A stretch of DNA of 12,905 nucleotides from the IMG/VR virus record IMGVR_UViG_3300020723_000003; one strand, written 5' to 3'. Below the pieces are notes generated by a model. That model was not told the DNA's origin, made no database searches, and was given only the letters and a program-made list of their open reading frames with translations. Numbering within the stretch: the stretch's first letter is position 1; each line of letters opens with the position of its first letter. The position numbers were made by a program, and so were the translations under genes. Positions 1-7,675 of the stretch are shown in pieces. This DNA comes from a virus (Duplodnaviria; Heunggongvirae; Uroviricota; Caudoviricetes).

Positions 1-1
1 C

Positions 2-274
2 TATCAATATGGTGATAATATGCGCTTTTCTTGTGTATATGTATTTCCTAATAATCTAGATAAAGATGAAATACACGTACCTCCAAGAACAACTTTAATT
101 GCTCCACCAAGTAATATTGCCCCTGGAAAAGAAGCAATGTGGACAGGAGAAACTTGGGTTATTGTAGCTACAGAACCTTTACCTGCAAATCCACATATTG
201 TTGAAGTCCCATCTGTTGAAGTCCCATCTATTGTTGAAGAAATAGCAAATACACCAAACATTAGCGCAGTATAA
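2..274 (+). CDS. Tail-fibre assembly chaperone-like protein (lambda Tfa / T4 gp38 type), probably 5'-truncated by the window edge
   Basis: The frame is open from base 2 (YQYGDN-MRF...), so the real start is likely upstream. The segment PPRTTLIAPP..PGKEAMWTGETWVIV resembles the recalled Tfa-family pattern P-x-x-T-x-x-A-P-P...G...W-x-G-x-x-W. Stop TAA at 272-274. Confidence 0.6.
   Translation, partial: YQYGDNMRFSCVYVFPNNLDKDEIHVPPRTTLIAPPSNIAPGKEAMWTGETWVIVATEPLPANPHIVEVPSVEVPSIVEEIANTPNISAV
200..229 (+). repeat. Perfect 15-bp tandem duplication GTTGAAGTCCCATCT x2, in frame (VEVPS-VEVPS)
   Basis: Copies at 200-214 and 215-229, with a partial third copy (GTTGAAG) at 233-239. Confidence 0.95.
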
Positions 275-277
275 ATA
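270..277 (+). promoter_or_regulatory. T4-type late promoter (gp55-dependent -10 element)
   Basis: Exact TATAAATA followed by CTA. It overlaps the upstream stop codon and lies about 30 nt before ATG 307. Confidence 0.8.
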
Positions 278-306
278 CTAATTATTAATTGACTGAGGTT
301 TATATT

Positions 307-618
307 ATGGATATTAAAACAATTTTAACTTGCCCATTGGGTGCGAAATGTGAAGAAATTAAAGATGCAGCAATTCATCGCTGTGTTTGGTATACAAAAC
401 TTGCAGGAACTAACCCAAATACTGGGGAAGTAATGGACGAATATGGTTGTGCGATGACATGGATCCCTGTTTTATTGATTGAAAATTCAATGCAACAAAG
501 AAGTACAAGTTCAGCTGTAGAATCTTTCCGTAACGAAATGGTTCAAAGTAATGAAATGAATCAACAAATTTTATTATCTGCAGCAACGGTAAACCAGAAA
601 TTAATAAGTAATAGTTAA
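307..618 (+). CDS. Hypothetical Cys-rich phage protein (103 aa)
   Basis: I prefer ATG 307 to TTG 289 because GAGG (295-298) sits 8 nt upstream and a late promoter is at 270. The protein has four Cys, a GTNPNTGE turn and a helical C-terminus (LLIENSMQQRSTSSAVESFRNEMV). Confidence 0.85.
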   Translation: MDIKTILTCPLGAKCEEIKDAAIHRCVWYTKLAGTNPNTGEVMDEYGCAMTWIPVLLIENSMQQRSTSSAVESFRNEMVQSNEMNQQILLSAATVNQKLISNS

Positions 619-648
619 GATGTTAAATTAATAATCTAGGAGAATAAA

Positions 649-870
649 ATGTCAGACTTTTTTAGTAAAACCGGTAATATGTTTAAATCGATTTTTTCGT
701 TTTTCTCAAAAAACACTGCAACTTTAACTGAAGCTGCTGTTATTGTAGAAACAGTTTCTGATAATGCAGAATTAATTCCTACAACAATTGCTGTTGGTAA
801 AGCTGTTGAGCAAGGTGCAACAGTTTTAGAAAAAATAGAAATTGCAAATACTGAAACTTCTGGATCTTAA
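649..870 (+). CDS. Hypothetical 73-aa protein with an N-terminal amphipathic helix
   Basis: Strong RBS AGGAG at 638-642. It fills the gap between its neighbours and uses GCT/ACT/GAA-rich codons like the other genes. Confidence 0.75.
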   Translation: MSDFFSKTGNMFKSIFSFFSKNTATLTEAAVIVETVSDNAELIPTTIAVGKAVEQGATVLEKIEIANTETSGS

Positions 871-899
871 TTTAATCCACAGCGCCAAGGAAAATTCAA

Positions 900-1646
900 A
901 TGGCTGAAATAGCATCTAGAGACGATTTAAAACAATATTGCCTCAGAAGACTTGGCGCTCCAGTAATTAAAATAAATGTTGACGATGCTCAACTTGAAGA
1001 TAGAATTGATGATGCTCTTCAACTATATCAAGATTATCATTATGATGCCTCTGAAGTATATTATTGGCAACATACTATTACTCAACAAGACGTTAATCAA
1101 CAATATTTTGATATAGATCCAAGCATTTTTGGGATTACTAGAATATTTCCATTAAATGATACGTTAACACAAAATAATATGTTTGATCTTAGATATCAAT
1201 TAAGATTACACGAATTATACGATTTCACATCAACTTCATATACTAATTTTAGTATAACAATGCAGCACCTACAAAACTTACAATCAATGTTCACTGGTGA
1301 TATTCCAGTAAGGTTTCAAAGACACACAAATAGATTATATGTTGATTGGGCTTGGGGTTCAACAAATGCTGCTGTTGGTTTAACTGTTGTTGCTGAAGGA
1401 TATCAAGCTATTGATCCAGAAACATTTGAATCCGTTTATAATGATATGTGGCTCAAAAAATATACTACAGCGTTATTCAAACGCCAATGGGGTGATAATA
1501 TGAAAAAATTTGGAAATATTCAGCTTCCTGGTGGAATAACTTTAAATGGTAAAGAAACTTTTGATGAAGCTACAATTGAAATTGATAAATTGGAAGAAGA
1601 AATGCAAGAAAGATATTCATTACCAGCCCAATTTATGATTGGATAA
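900..1646 (+). CDS. gp13: Neck protein gp13 (head-tail adaptor)
   Basis: Motifs LKQYCLRRLGAPVIKINVDDAQLEDRIDDALQ and KRQWGDNMKKFGNIQLPGGITLNG. RBS AAGGA at 887-891. First gene of the canonical 13-23 order. Confidence 0.93.
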   Translation: MAEIASRDDLKQYCLRRLGAPVIKINVDDAQLEDRIDDALQLYQDYHYDASEVYYWQHTITQQDVNQQYFDIDPSIFGITRIFPLNDTLTQNNMFDLRYQLRLHELYDFTSTSYTNFSITMQHLQNLQSMFTGDIPVRFQRHTNRLYVDWAWGSTNAAVGLTVVAEGYQAIDPETFESVYNDMWLKKYTTALFKRQWGDNMKKFGNIQLPGGITLNGKETFDEATIEIDKLEEEMQERYSLPAQFMIG

Positions 1647-1648
1647 TT

Positions 1649-2506
1649 ATGACTTCTCCATATTTTCAAAATTATGGTAATGCTGTTGAATCGAAACTCA
1701 TAGAAGACTTATATAATGAAGCAATAGCAATACAGGGATTTCCTGGCTATTATCTACAAAATAAAAATACAGCTTCTAGAGATCTTATTTATGGTGATGA
1801 TCCAATAAAAGCTTTTGATACTTCTTATAAATTAGATATGTATCTTGTCAACACATTCGATTATGGTGATGAACAAGATTTCTTTTCTAAATTTGGACTT
1901 GAAGTTAGGAATCAAGTAAAAATTCAATTTACTGTCAGAGAATTTTCTAAACAAACACTAAAAACAATGGCTAGACCTCTCGAGGGAGATTTAATCTTTA
2001 TTCCTTTCATGAAGGATACTGGAGAGCTATTTGAAATTAAATTCGTAAATTCTTCAAAAGATTTATATACTCTTGGAAGATCAAAACCATATTTTTATGA
2101 ATTATCTCTTGAACCGTTTAAATATAATGAAGAAAATATTGATACTGGTGTTGCAGCAATTGATAATATTGGGTTGCTAGAGAAATTTAAAACTGATTTA
2201 GACCTTATTTCTGGTTCAGGACAATATATCATAAATGAGATGGTATATCAAGGTTCTGCAAACAATCATATTGCGTACGCAGAAATAATTGATTGGGATT
2301 CAGCGAATACAATTTTAACTGTTATCAATGATATTGGAGAGTTTGATCCAGCTTCTTCTCTTCCAATTGTTGGAGCCACAAGTAATGCAATCTATTATTT
2401 AACATCAACAAATAACAGTGAACAACCAAATTTCGACAATGACTTTATTCATGATGAAGGGTTAACATTTATCCAAGCGAGCGATAATCCATTTGGCAGT
2501 CTATAA
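1649..2506 (+). CDS. gp14: Neck protein gp14 (head completion)
   Basis: Motifs DLIYGDDP..AF, DFFSKFGLEVR, RPLEGDLIFIP, FEIKFV, YTLG and the C-terminal NPFG. Follows gp13. Confidence 0.92.
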   Translation: MTSPYFQNYGNAVESKLIEDLYNEAIAIQGFPGYYLQNKNTASRDLIYGDDPIKAFDTSYKLDMYLVNTFDYGDEQDFFSKFGLEVRNQVKIQFTVREFSKQTLKTMARPLEGDLIFIPFMKDTGELFEIKFVNSSKDLYTLGRSKPYFYELSLEPFKYNEENIDTGVAAIDNIGLLEKFKTDLDLISGSGQYIINEMVYQGSANNHIAYAEIIDWDSANTILTVINDIGEFDPASSLPIVGATSNAIYYLTSTNNSEQPNFDNDFIHDEGLTFIQASDNPFGSL

Positions 2507-2515
2507 GGAAAAATT

Positions 2516-3514
2516 GTGTATCCACCAACTAATGCTCCAGTATTAAATACAAGATTACAAGCTATCAGAAAAACAACGGTAGCATTCGCATCACTTTTTA
2601 AGAATATCCCATTTATACAATACAATAATGATGGTTCAATAAAAGAAGAAATAATCGTACCTATTGTTTATGGTGATAAAGAAAAATATGTAAAAAGATT
2701 AGAAGCTACTTCTAATCAAAATATATCAAATGAAAAAGTCCAAATAACACTACCAAGAATTGAATATGGACTGATTAATATGTTGTATGATCCAGCGCGG
2801 AGAACAAATCAAGCAAATAAAATTGTTGGATGTAATTCTAATGGTTCAATATATGTAAACTCTCCGATGCCATATAATTTTAATTTTGAAATTGTTATCT
2901 ATACAAGAAATATTGAAGATGCTAATCAAATAATGGAATATATTCTTCCATATTTTTGTCCTGATTATAATATAAAAATAAATATGGTTCCAGAGGCTGG
3001 AATTATAAAAAATATTCCAATCACATATATGGGCGATTCTGAAGATGAAGATTCTTCAGGAACATTTGATAGTTCTGTTCGGTCTGTATTCAGAACTCTT
3101 TCTTTTGTTGCAAGAAGTTATATCTACCAACCTCCAAAATATTATAAACCGATTCTTTTTACAGATACAAATATTAATATAATACAATCTACAAACAATA
3201 TAAATGTTGTTTCTGGTAATGGAACGTTTTATGTTGGAGATACAGTATTTCAAGGAGATTCTTTTGATAGAGCAACAGCTAAAGCTACTGTAGATTATTG
3301 GGATCCAAACACAAAAACATTAAGAATATCTCCAGTTTCTGGATCATTTACTCCAAATACAGTAATACAAAATCTAGAAAAAACAGCTAAATATATCACT
3401 GCGAATGTAAACGGTTCTATTGCTTACAACACAAAAATTACCCCTGTGCCAAACACATATCCAATAGTTGGTCCATATGATTATAATATTATTACAACTG
3501 ACTATACAAAATAA
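2516..3514 (+). CDS. gp15: Tail terminator / sheath stabiliser gp15 (GTG start)
   Basis: Motifs IRKTTVAFASLFKNI, VPIVYGDKEKY, ITLPRIEY, YDPARR, PMPYNFNFE, QIMEYILPYF and NIPIT. RBS AAGGA at 2505-2509. Confidence 0.92.
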   Translation: MYPPTNAPVLNTRLQAIRKTTVAFASLFKNIPFIQYNNDGSIKEEIIVPIVYGDKEKYVKRLEATSNQNISNEKVQITLPRIEYGLINMLYDPARRTNQANKIVGCNSNGSIYVNSPMPYNFNFEIVIYTRNIEDANQIMEYILPYFCPDYNIKINMVPEAGIIKNIPITYMGDSEDEDSSGTFDSSVRSVFRTLSFVARSYIYQPPKYYKPILFTDTNINIIQSTNNINVVSGNGTFYVGDTVFQGDSFDRATAKATVDYWDPNTKTLRISPVSGSFTPNTVIQNLEKTAKYITANVNGSIAYNTKITPVPNTYPIVGPYDYNIITTDYTK

Positions 3515-3517
3515 ATT

Positions 3518-3964
3518 ATGACAACACAATTTAATAAAAAAATGGAGAAATTATTTGATGTTCCTTCATCTGTTTTATATGATGATTCAGAACTCCAAGA
3601 ATATCTTCCAGCTGACTCAGACCAAGAATTAACAGCCCTTTTGGATCATGATCTTAAACAGGATTACGAAAAAACTAGAAATAAACTTGATTCCTTAATA
3701 GAAAAAGGAACTGATGCTATTGATAGCATGCTTTCTATTGCTAGAGAATCAGAAAAAGCGAGAGATTTTGAAGTTGCTGGTAATATGATCAAAACCATTG
3801 TTGATGCTTCGAAAGATTTATTGGAAGTACAAAAGAAAATGAGAGAAATGACAGGAAAAAAAGATTCAGGAACTACTAATATTAAAAATGCAGTTTTTGT
3901 TGGGAGTACAACAGAACTTCTGAAGGCGATGAAAGATATTAAAAACGGAAATATAAGTGAGTGA
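3518..3964 (+). CDS. gp16: Terminase small subunit gp16
   Basis: Motifs QDYEKTRNKL..LIEKG..AI, ARDFEVAGNMIK, LLEVQKKMRE and NIKNAVFVGSTTELLK. Immediately upstream of and overlapping gp17. Confidence 0.92.
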   Translation: MTTQFNKKMEKLFDVPSSVLYDDSELQEYLPADSDQELTALLDHDLKQDYEKTRNKLDSLIEKGTDAIDSMLSIARESEKARDFEVAGNMIKTIVDASKDLLEVQKKMREMTGKKDSGTTNIKNAVFVGSTTELLKAMKDIKNGNISE

Positions 3965-5636
3965 AAAAGAATATTATAGAGACAATTTACTCTTAAAACG
4001 TCCAGGTGTTCAATATGAATTTGAACAATGGCAATTAGAAGAAATAGAAAAATGTGCTTCTGATCCAATATACTTCATTAGAAATTATGTAAAAATCATA
4101 TCTCTAGATGAAGGCATTATATATTTTAATATGCACAAATATCAAGAAGAGATGGTTAATGCATTCCACAATAATCGATTCTCAATAGTTCGTATTGGTA
4201 GACAGTCAGGAAAAACAACAACATCTGTAGCATATTTACTCTGGTTATCTATTTTTACCGAAAGATATAGTATTGCAATAACAGCAAATAAAAAAGCTTT
4301 AGCTGTAGATATTTTATCTAGATATCAATTAGCATACGAAAATCTTCCAATGTGGTTACAACAGGGTGTTGTTATTTGGAATAAAGGGTCTGTTGAATTA
4401 GAAAATGGATCAAAACTTTTAGCAGCATCTACAGCTGCAAGTTCTATTCGTGGTGGATCGTTCAATCTTGTAATGATGGACGAATTTGCTCACGTCCACA
4501 ATAACTTAGCCGAAGAATTTTTTACTTCTACATATCCTGTAATTTCTTCTGGAACATCTACTAAAATTATTATAGTTTCTACTCCAAGAGGCATGAATCT
4601 ATATTATAGAATGTGGATGGATGCAATAAACGGAAAAAGCGATTATTTCCCTGTAGATATTCATTGGTCAAGAGTCCCTGGAAGAGATGAAGCATGGCGC
4701 GAAAAGACCATTCGTAATACTTCAGAAAGGCAATTTGCACAAGAATTCGGCTGCGAATTCCATGGATCAACAAATACATTAATTGATGGAGGAAAACTTC
4801 AGATATTAATTGCAAAAGAACCATTGGAACTTGACGAAAAAGATGCTTTCGGAATGGAAATTTACGAAAAGCCAATAAGAGAATATTATGATGATGAAAC
4901 ACAAAAGATGGTTGATAAAGATCATATCTATGTTCTTTGTGCTGATGTTTCTGAAGGAAAAAATTTAGATTATACAACATTTTCTGTTTTTGATGTTTCA
5001 ACAATTCCATATAAACAGGTTGCAACATATAGAAATAATCAAATTTCTCCTATGCTATTTCCTGATATATTAAGGTTATGTGCTGAATATTATAATAATG
5101 CTCATGTATTAATAGAAATAAATAATAACCCTCAAGTTGCAGATATTCTATATCAGGACCTAGAATATGAAAATGTGTTCAAAATATATTCTGGAAATAA
5201 ACAAGCACAACAATTATCTGAGAGTGGAAAGGCAACTCAAAATGGCTTAAATATGAGCCCATTAGTGAAACGAACTGGATGTTCTGCACTAAAAACTATA
5301 ATTGAAACAAATAAACTTGAAATTTATTCTTCAGAAACAATATATGAATTAACTAGATTTATTGCTACAAATAATTCATTTGCTGCTGAAGAAGGAGCTC
5401 ATGACGATTTAGCTATGACGTTAGTTATGTTTGCTTGGGTGACAACTCAAAAATTATTCATAGAATTGTCTTCTACAGATATAAGAAAAAGGTTACAAAT
5501 TGAACATAATTATGCAAAAGAAGAAGATTCCGAAATACCACCAATGCCTATGTTTTCTGACGATTTAAGAGATAGGTTCATTTTAGAAGCTGGAGATCTT
5601 TGGCAAGTTGTAGAAGAAGAACAATTTTATTATTAA
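3957..5636 (+). CDS. gp17: Terminase large subunit gp17 (GTG start, 8-nt overlap with g16)
   Basis: Walker A GRQSGKTT, Walker B FNLVMMDEFAHV, motif III IIIVSTPRG, and nuclease acidic motifs CADVSEG...DY and HDDLAM. Confidence 0.97.
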   Translation: MSEKEYYRDNLLLKRPGVQYEFEQWQLEEIEKCASDPIYFIRNYVKIISLDEGIIYFNMHKYQEEMVNAFHNNRFSIVRIGRQSGKTTTSVAYLLWLSIFTERYSIAITANKKALAVDILSRYQLAYENLPMWLQQGVVIWNKGSVELENGSKLLAASTAASSIRGGSFNLVMMDEFAHVHNNLAEEFFTSTYPVISSGTSTKIIIVSTPRGMNLYYRMWMDAINGKSDYFPVDIHWSRVPGRDEAWREKTIRNTSERQFAQEFGCEFHGSTNTLIDGGKLQILIAKEPLELDEKDAFGMEIYEKPIREYYDDETQKMVDKDHIYVLCADVSEGKNLDYTTFSVFDVSTIPYKQVATYRNNQISPMLFPDILRLCAEYYNNAHVLIEINNNPQVADILYQDLEYENVFKIYSGNKQAQQLSESGKATQNGLNMSPLVKRTGCSALKTIIETNKLEIYSSETIYELTRFIATNNSFAAEEGAHDDLAMTLVMFAWVTTQKLFIELSSTDIRKRLQIEHNYAKEEDSEIPPMPMFSDDLRDRFILEAGDLWQVVEEEQFYY

Positions 5637-5657
5637 GGTTACCAAAACGTTAGATAT

Positions 5658-5670
5658 TATAAATACTATT
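5658..5670 (+). promoter_or_regulatory. T4-type late promoter for g18
   Basis: TATAAATACTATT matches the extended T4 late consensus. It is intergenic, followed by RBS AAGGAG (5690-5695) and ATG 5702. Confidence 0.9.
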
Positions 5671-5701
5671 AAAAATATTATCTTTCAACAAGGAGTAAAT
5701 T

Positions 5702-7597
5702 ATGGCATTTCAAGTCAGTCCAAGTGTTACATTATCAGAATATGATAACACTAATTCTATACCAGTTTCAGGTTCTTCAGTAGGCGCTTTTGCTGGAGAT
5801 TTCTCTTGGGGTCCAGGAAACAAAAGAATATCTATAGGTTCAGCGAATGAATTGGTATCAACATACACTCAACCAACCAACAATAACTACGCTTCATTCT
5901 TTTCAGCTTCAAATTTTTTAGCATATACAAACAATTTAATTGTAGTAAGAACAGTTTCTTCAAATTCATATAATGCAACAGCTAATGCTTCTGCAACATT
6001 TAGTATTCCAAACAAACAAAATTGGGAATTAGCTTATTCTACAAACCAATCAAATTTAAATGTTATTGGACCATTCGCAGCAAGATATCCAGGAGCATTA
6101 GGGAACTCTTTAACTGTTTCAGTTTGTTCTAGCAATACTGCATTTAAAAGCCCTGCATTTACAGCAAATACAGTTGCAAACTCTACTTCTGTTTTGATAA
6201 CTGGATTTACTACAGCATTTGCTGCTTCATATCCGTATTTTAGTTCTAATGATATTATTACATTAAATGGAACTTCATATACAATTGCATCAATTTCAGG
6301 TAATACAGTTACTACAACAACTCAACAACCAACAACTGCAACTAATGTTACAGCAAAACTTTCTTGGAAATATGCTTCATCATTCTCAGCTGCTCCTGGA
6401 ACTTCAGTTTATGGCGCTTCTCAAGGTGCTTCTGGAGATGAAATTTCTATTGCTGTTATTGATACAAATGGTGCATTTACTGGTGTTAAAGGTTATGTGT
6501 TAGAAACATTTGATCGTGTATCAAAAGCTACTGATTCAATTACAGATGATGGTTCAAATAACTATTATAATTCAGCTATCTTTGACAAATCAAAGTATAT
6601 ATTTAAAGCTGGAACAGTTCCTGGAGCAACAAATTGGGACCAAACTTCATTAAATACTGTATTTAACGGTGCAAATAATTATACAGTACAACTTAGCGGT
6701 GGGACTGATGTTCTATCTTCTGATTCTGATAGAATTAATGGATATCAATTGTTTGCAAACCCCGAAGAAGTAACAGTTGACTTTTTAATCGCTGGCGAAT
6801 CAAGCGCTACTGTTTCAGGTGCAATATTAACTATAGCTAATCAAAGAAAAGATTGTGTTGCATTCATCTCTCCATTAAGACAAGATGCTGTAACTTCTGT
6901 AAATATTGATAATATTATTGCGTACAGAAACAGTTTAAGTCCATCTACTTCTTACTCAGTTATGGATTCAGGGTACAAATATCAATACGACAAATACAAT
7001 AATGTGTATAGATATGTTCCATTAAATGCTGATATTGCTGGTTTATGTGCAAGAACTGATAAAACAAATGCTCCATGGTATTCTCCTGCTGGATATAATC
7101 GTGGTCAAATATTAAATGCTATTAGATTGTCATATAATCCAACTCAAACAAACAGAGACGATTTATATCAAGCTGGTATTAATCCTGTATGTTCATTCCC
7201 AGGACAAGGTGTTGTTTTATTTGGCGATAAAACTATGCAAGCAAAAGCTTCTGCGTTTGATCGCATAAACGTTCGTAGATTGTTTATTACTCTTGAAAGA
7301 GCAATTGCTGATGCTGCTAAATATTCATTGTTTGAATTTAATGACACATTCACACAATCAGCATTTATCTCGTTAGTTGATCCTTATCTTCGTTCAGTAA
7401 AATCTGGAAAAGGAATCTACGCTTACAAAGTTGTTTGTGATTCGTCTAATAACCCACCATCTGTTGTTGATCAAAATGGTTTCGTTGGCGATATTTTTAT
7501 CCAACCAGCTAAATCTATTAACTTTATACAATTAAACTTTACTGCAGTAAATAGTGGTGTTAGTTTTACTGAAGTTGCAGGAACTTCAGTCGGTTAA
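5702..7597 (+). CDS. gp18: Tail sheath protein gp18
   Basis: Motifs MAFQVSPSV, FAGDFSWGP, ARYPGALGN, RKDCVAFISP, YQYDKYNNVYRYVPLNADIAGLCART, WYSPAGYNRG, FDRINVRRLF and PAKSINFIQLNF. Confidence 0.97.
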   Translation: MAFQVSPSVTLSEYDNTNSIPVSGSSVGAFAGDFSWGPGNKRISIGSANELVSTYTQPTNNNYASFFSASNFLAYTNNLIVVRTVSSNSYNATANASATFSIPNKQNWELAYSTNQSNLNVIGPFAARYPGALGNSLTVSVCSSNTAFKSPAFTANTVANSTSVLITGFTTAFAASYPYFSSNDIITLNGTSYTIASISGNTVTTTTQQPTTATNVTAKLSWKYASSFSAAPGTSVYGASQGASGDEISIAVIDTNGAFTGVKGYVLETFDRVSKATDSITDDGSNNYYNSAIFDKSKYIFKAGTVPGATNWDQTSLNTVFNGANNYTVQLSGGTDVLSSDSDRINGYQLFANPEEVTVDFLIAGESSATVSGAILTIANQRKDCVAFISPLRQDAVTSVNIDNIIAYRNSLSPSTSYSVMDSGYKYQYDKYNNVYRYVPLNADIAGLCARTDKTNAPWYSPAGYNRGQILNAIRLSYNPTQTNRDDLYQAGINPVCSFPGQGVVLFGDKTMQAKASAFDRINVRRLFITLERAIADAAKYSLFEFNDTFTQSAFISLVDPYLRSVKSGKGIYAYKVVCDSSNNPPSVVDQNGFVGDIFIQPAKSINFIQLNFTAVNSGVSFTEVAGTSVG

Positions 7598-7605
7598 TTT
7601 TTGTT

Positions 7606-7617
7606 AATAAATAAATA
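7606..7617 (+). promoter_or_regulatory. Possible degenerate late promoter for g19 (two overlapping AATAAATA)
   Basis: One-mismatch copies of TATAAATA at 7606-7613 and 7610-7617 in the g18-g19 gap. The region is AT-rich, so chance occurrence is possible. Confidence 0.4.
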
Positions 7618-7621
7618 AAAG

Positions 7622-7643
7622 GGAGCAGCTTTCGGGCTGCTCT
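7622..7643. terminator. GC-rich stem-loop GAGCAGC-TTTCGG-GCTGCTC. Terminator-like only on the minus strand; possible mRNA-stabilising hairpin on the plus strand
   Basis: Perfect 7-bp stem (7623-7629 / 7636-7642), extendable on + by G-U pairs around a UUCG loop. An A-tract precedes it and no U-tract follows it on +. Confidence 0.6.
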
Positions 7644-7675
7644 AAACAAAAGATCTTATAAAGAGGAATAAACAA

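Noticed and set aside
4-261. Minus-strand 85-aa ORF
   Set aside because: It is an antisense shadow of the Tfa-like gene, with no RBS or family motif.
289-306. TTG start given by the ORF track
   Set aside because: The GAGG RBS lies inside this extension and is correctly spaced for ATG 307.
3056-3253. Minus-strand 65-aa ORF in g15
   Set aside because: It is short, antisense to a conserved gene, and has no supporting signals.
3664-4068. Minus-strand 134-aa ORF across the g16/g17 junction
   Set aside because: Its Phe/Leu/Ser-rich composition is what the reverse complement of GAA/AAA-rich coding sequence produces. It has no RBS or promoter.
4579-5028. Minus-strand 149-aa ORF in g17
   Set aside because: It is an antisense shadow of a conserved terminase region with no recognisable motif.
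5652-5683. Imperfect inverted repeat (AGATATTAT / ATATTATCT) around the g18 promoter
   Set aside because: It is almost all A/T with a mismatch, which is expected by chance at this base composition.
6267-6503. Alternative-frame + strand ORF in g18 (likewise 9579-9785 in g20)
   Set aside because: The Leu/Gln/Met-rich text is typical of an off-frame reading of T-ending codons. There is no RBS or slippery site that I can support.
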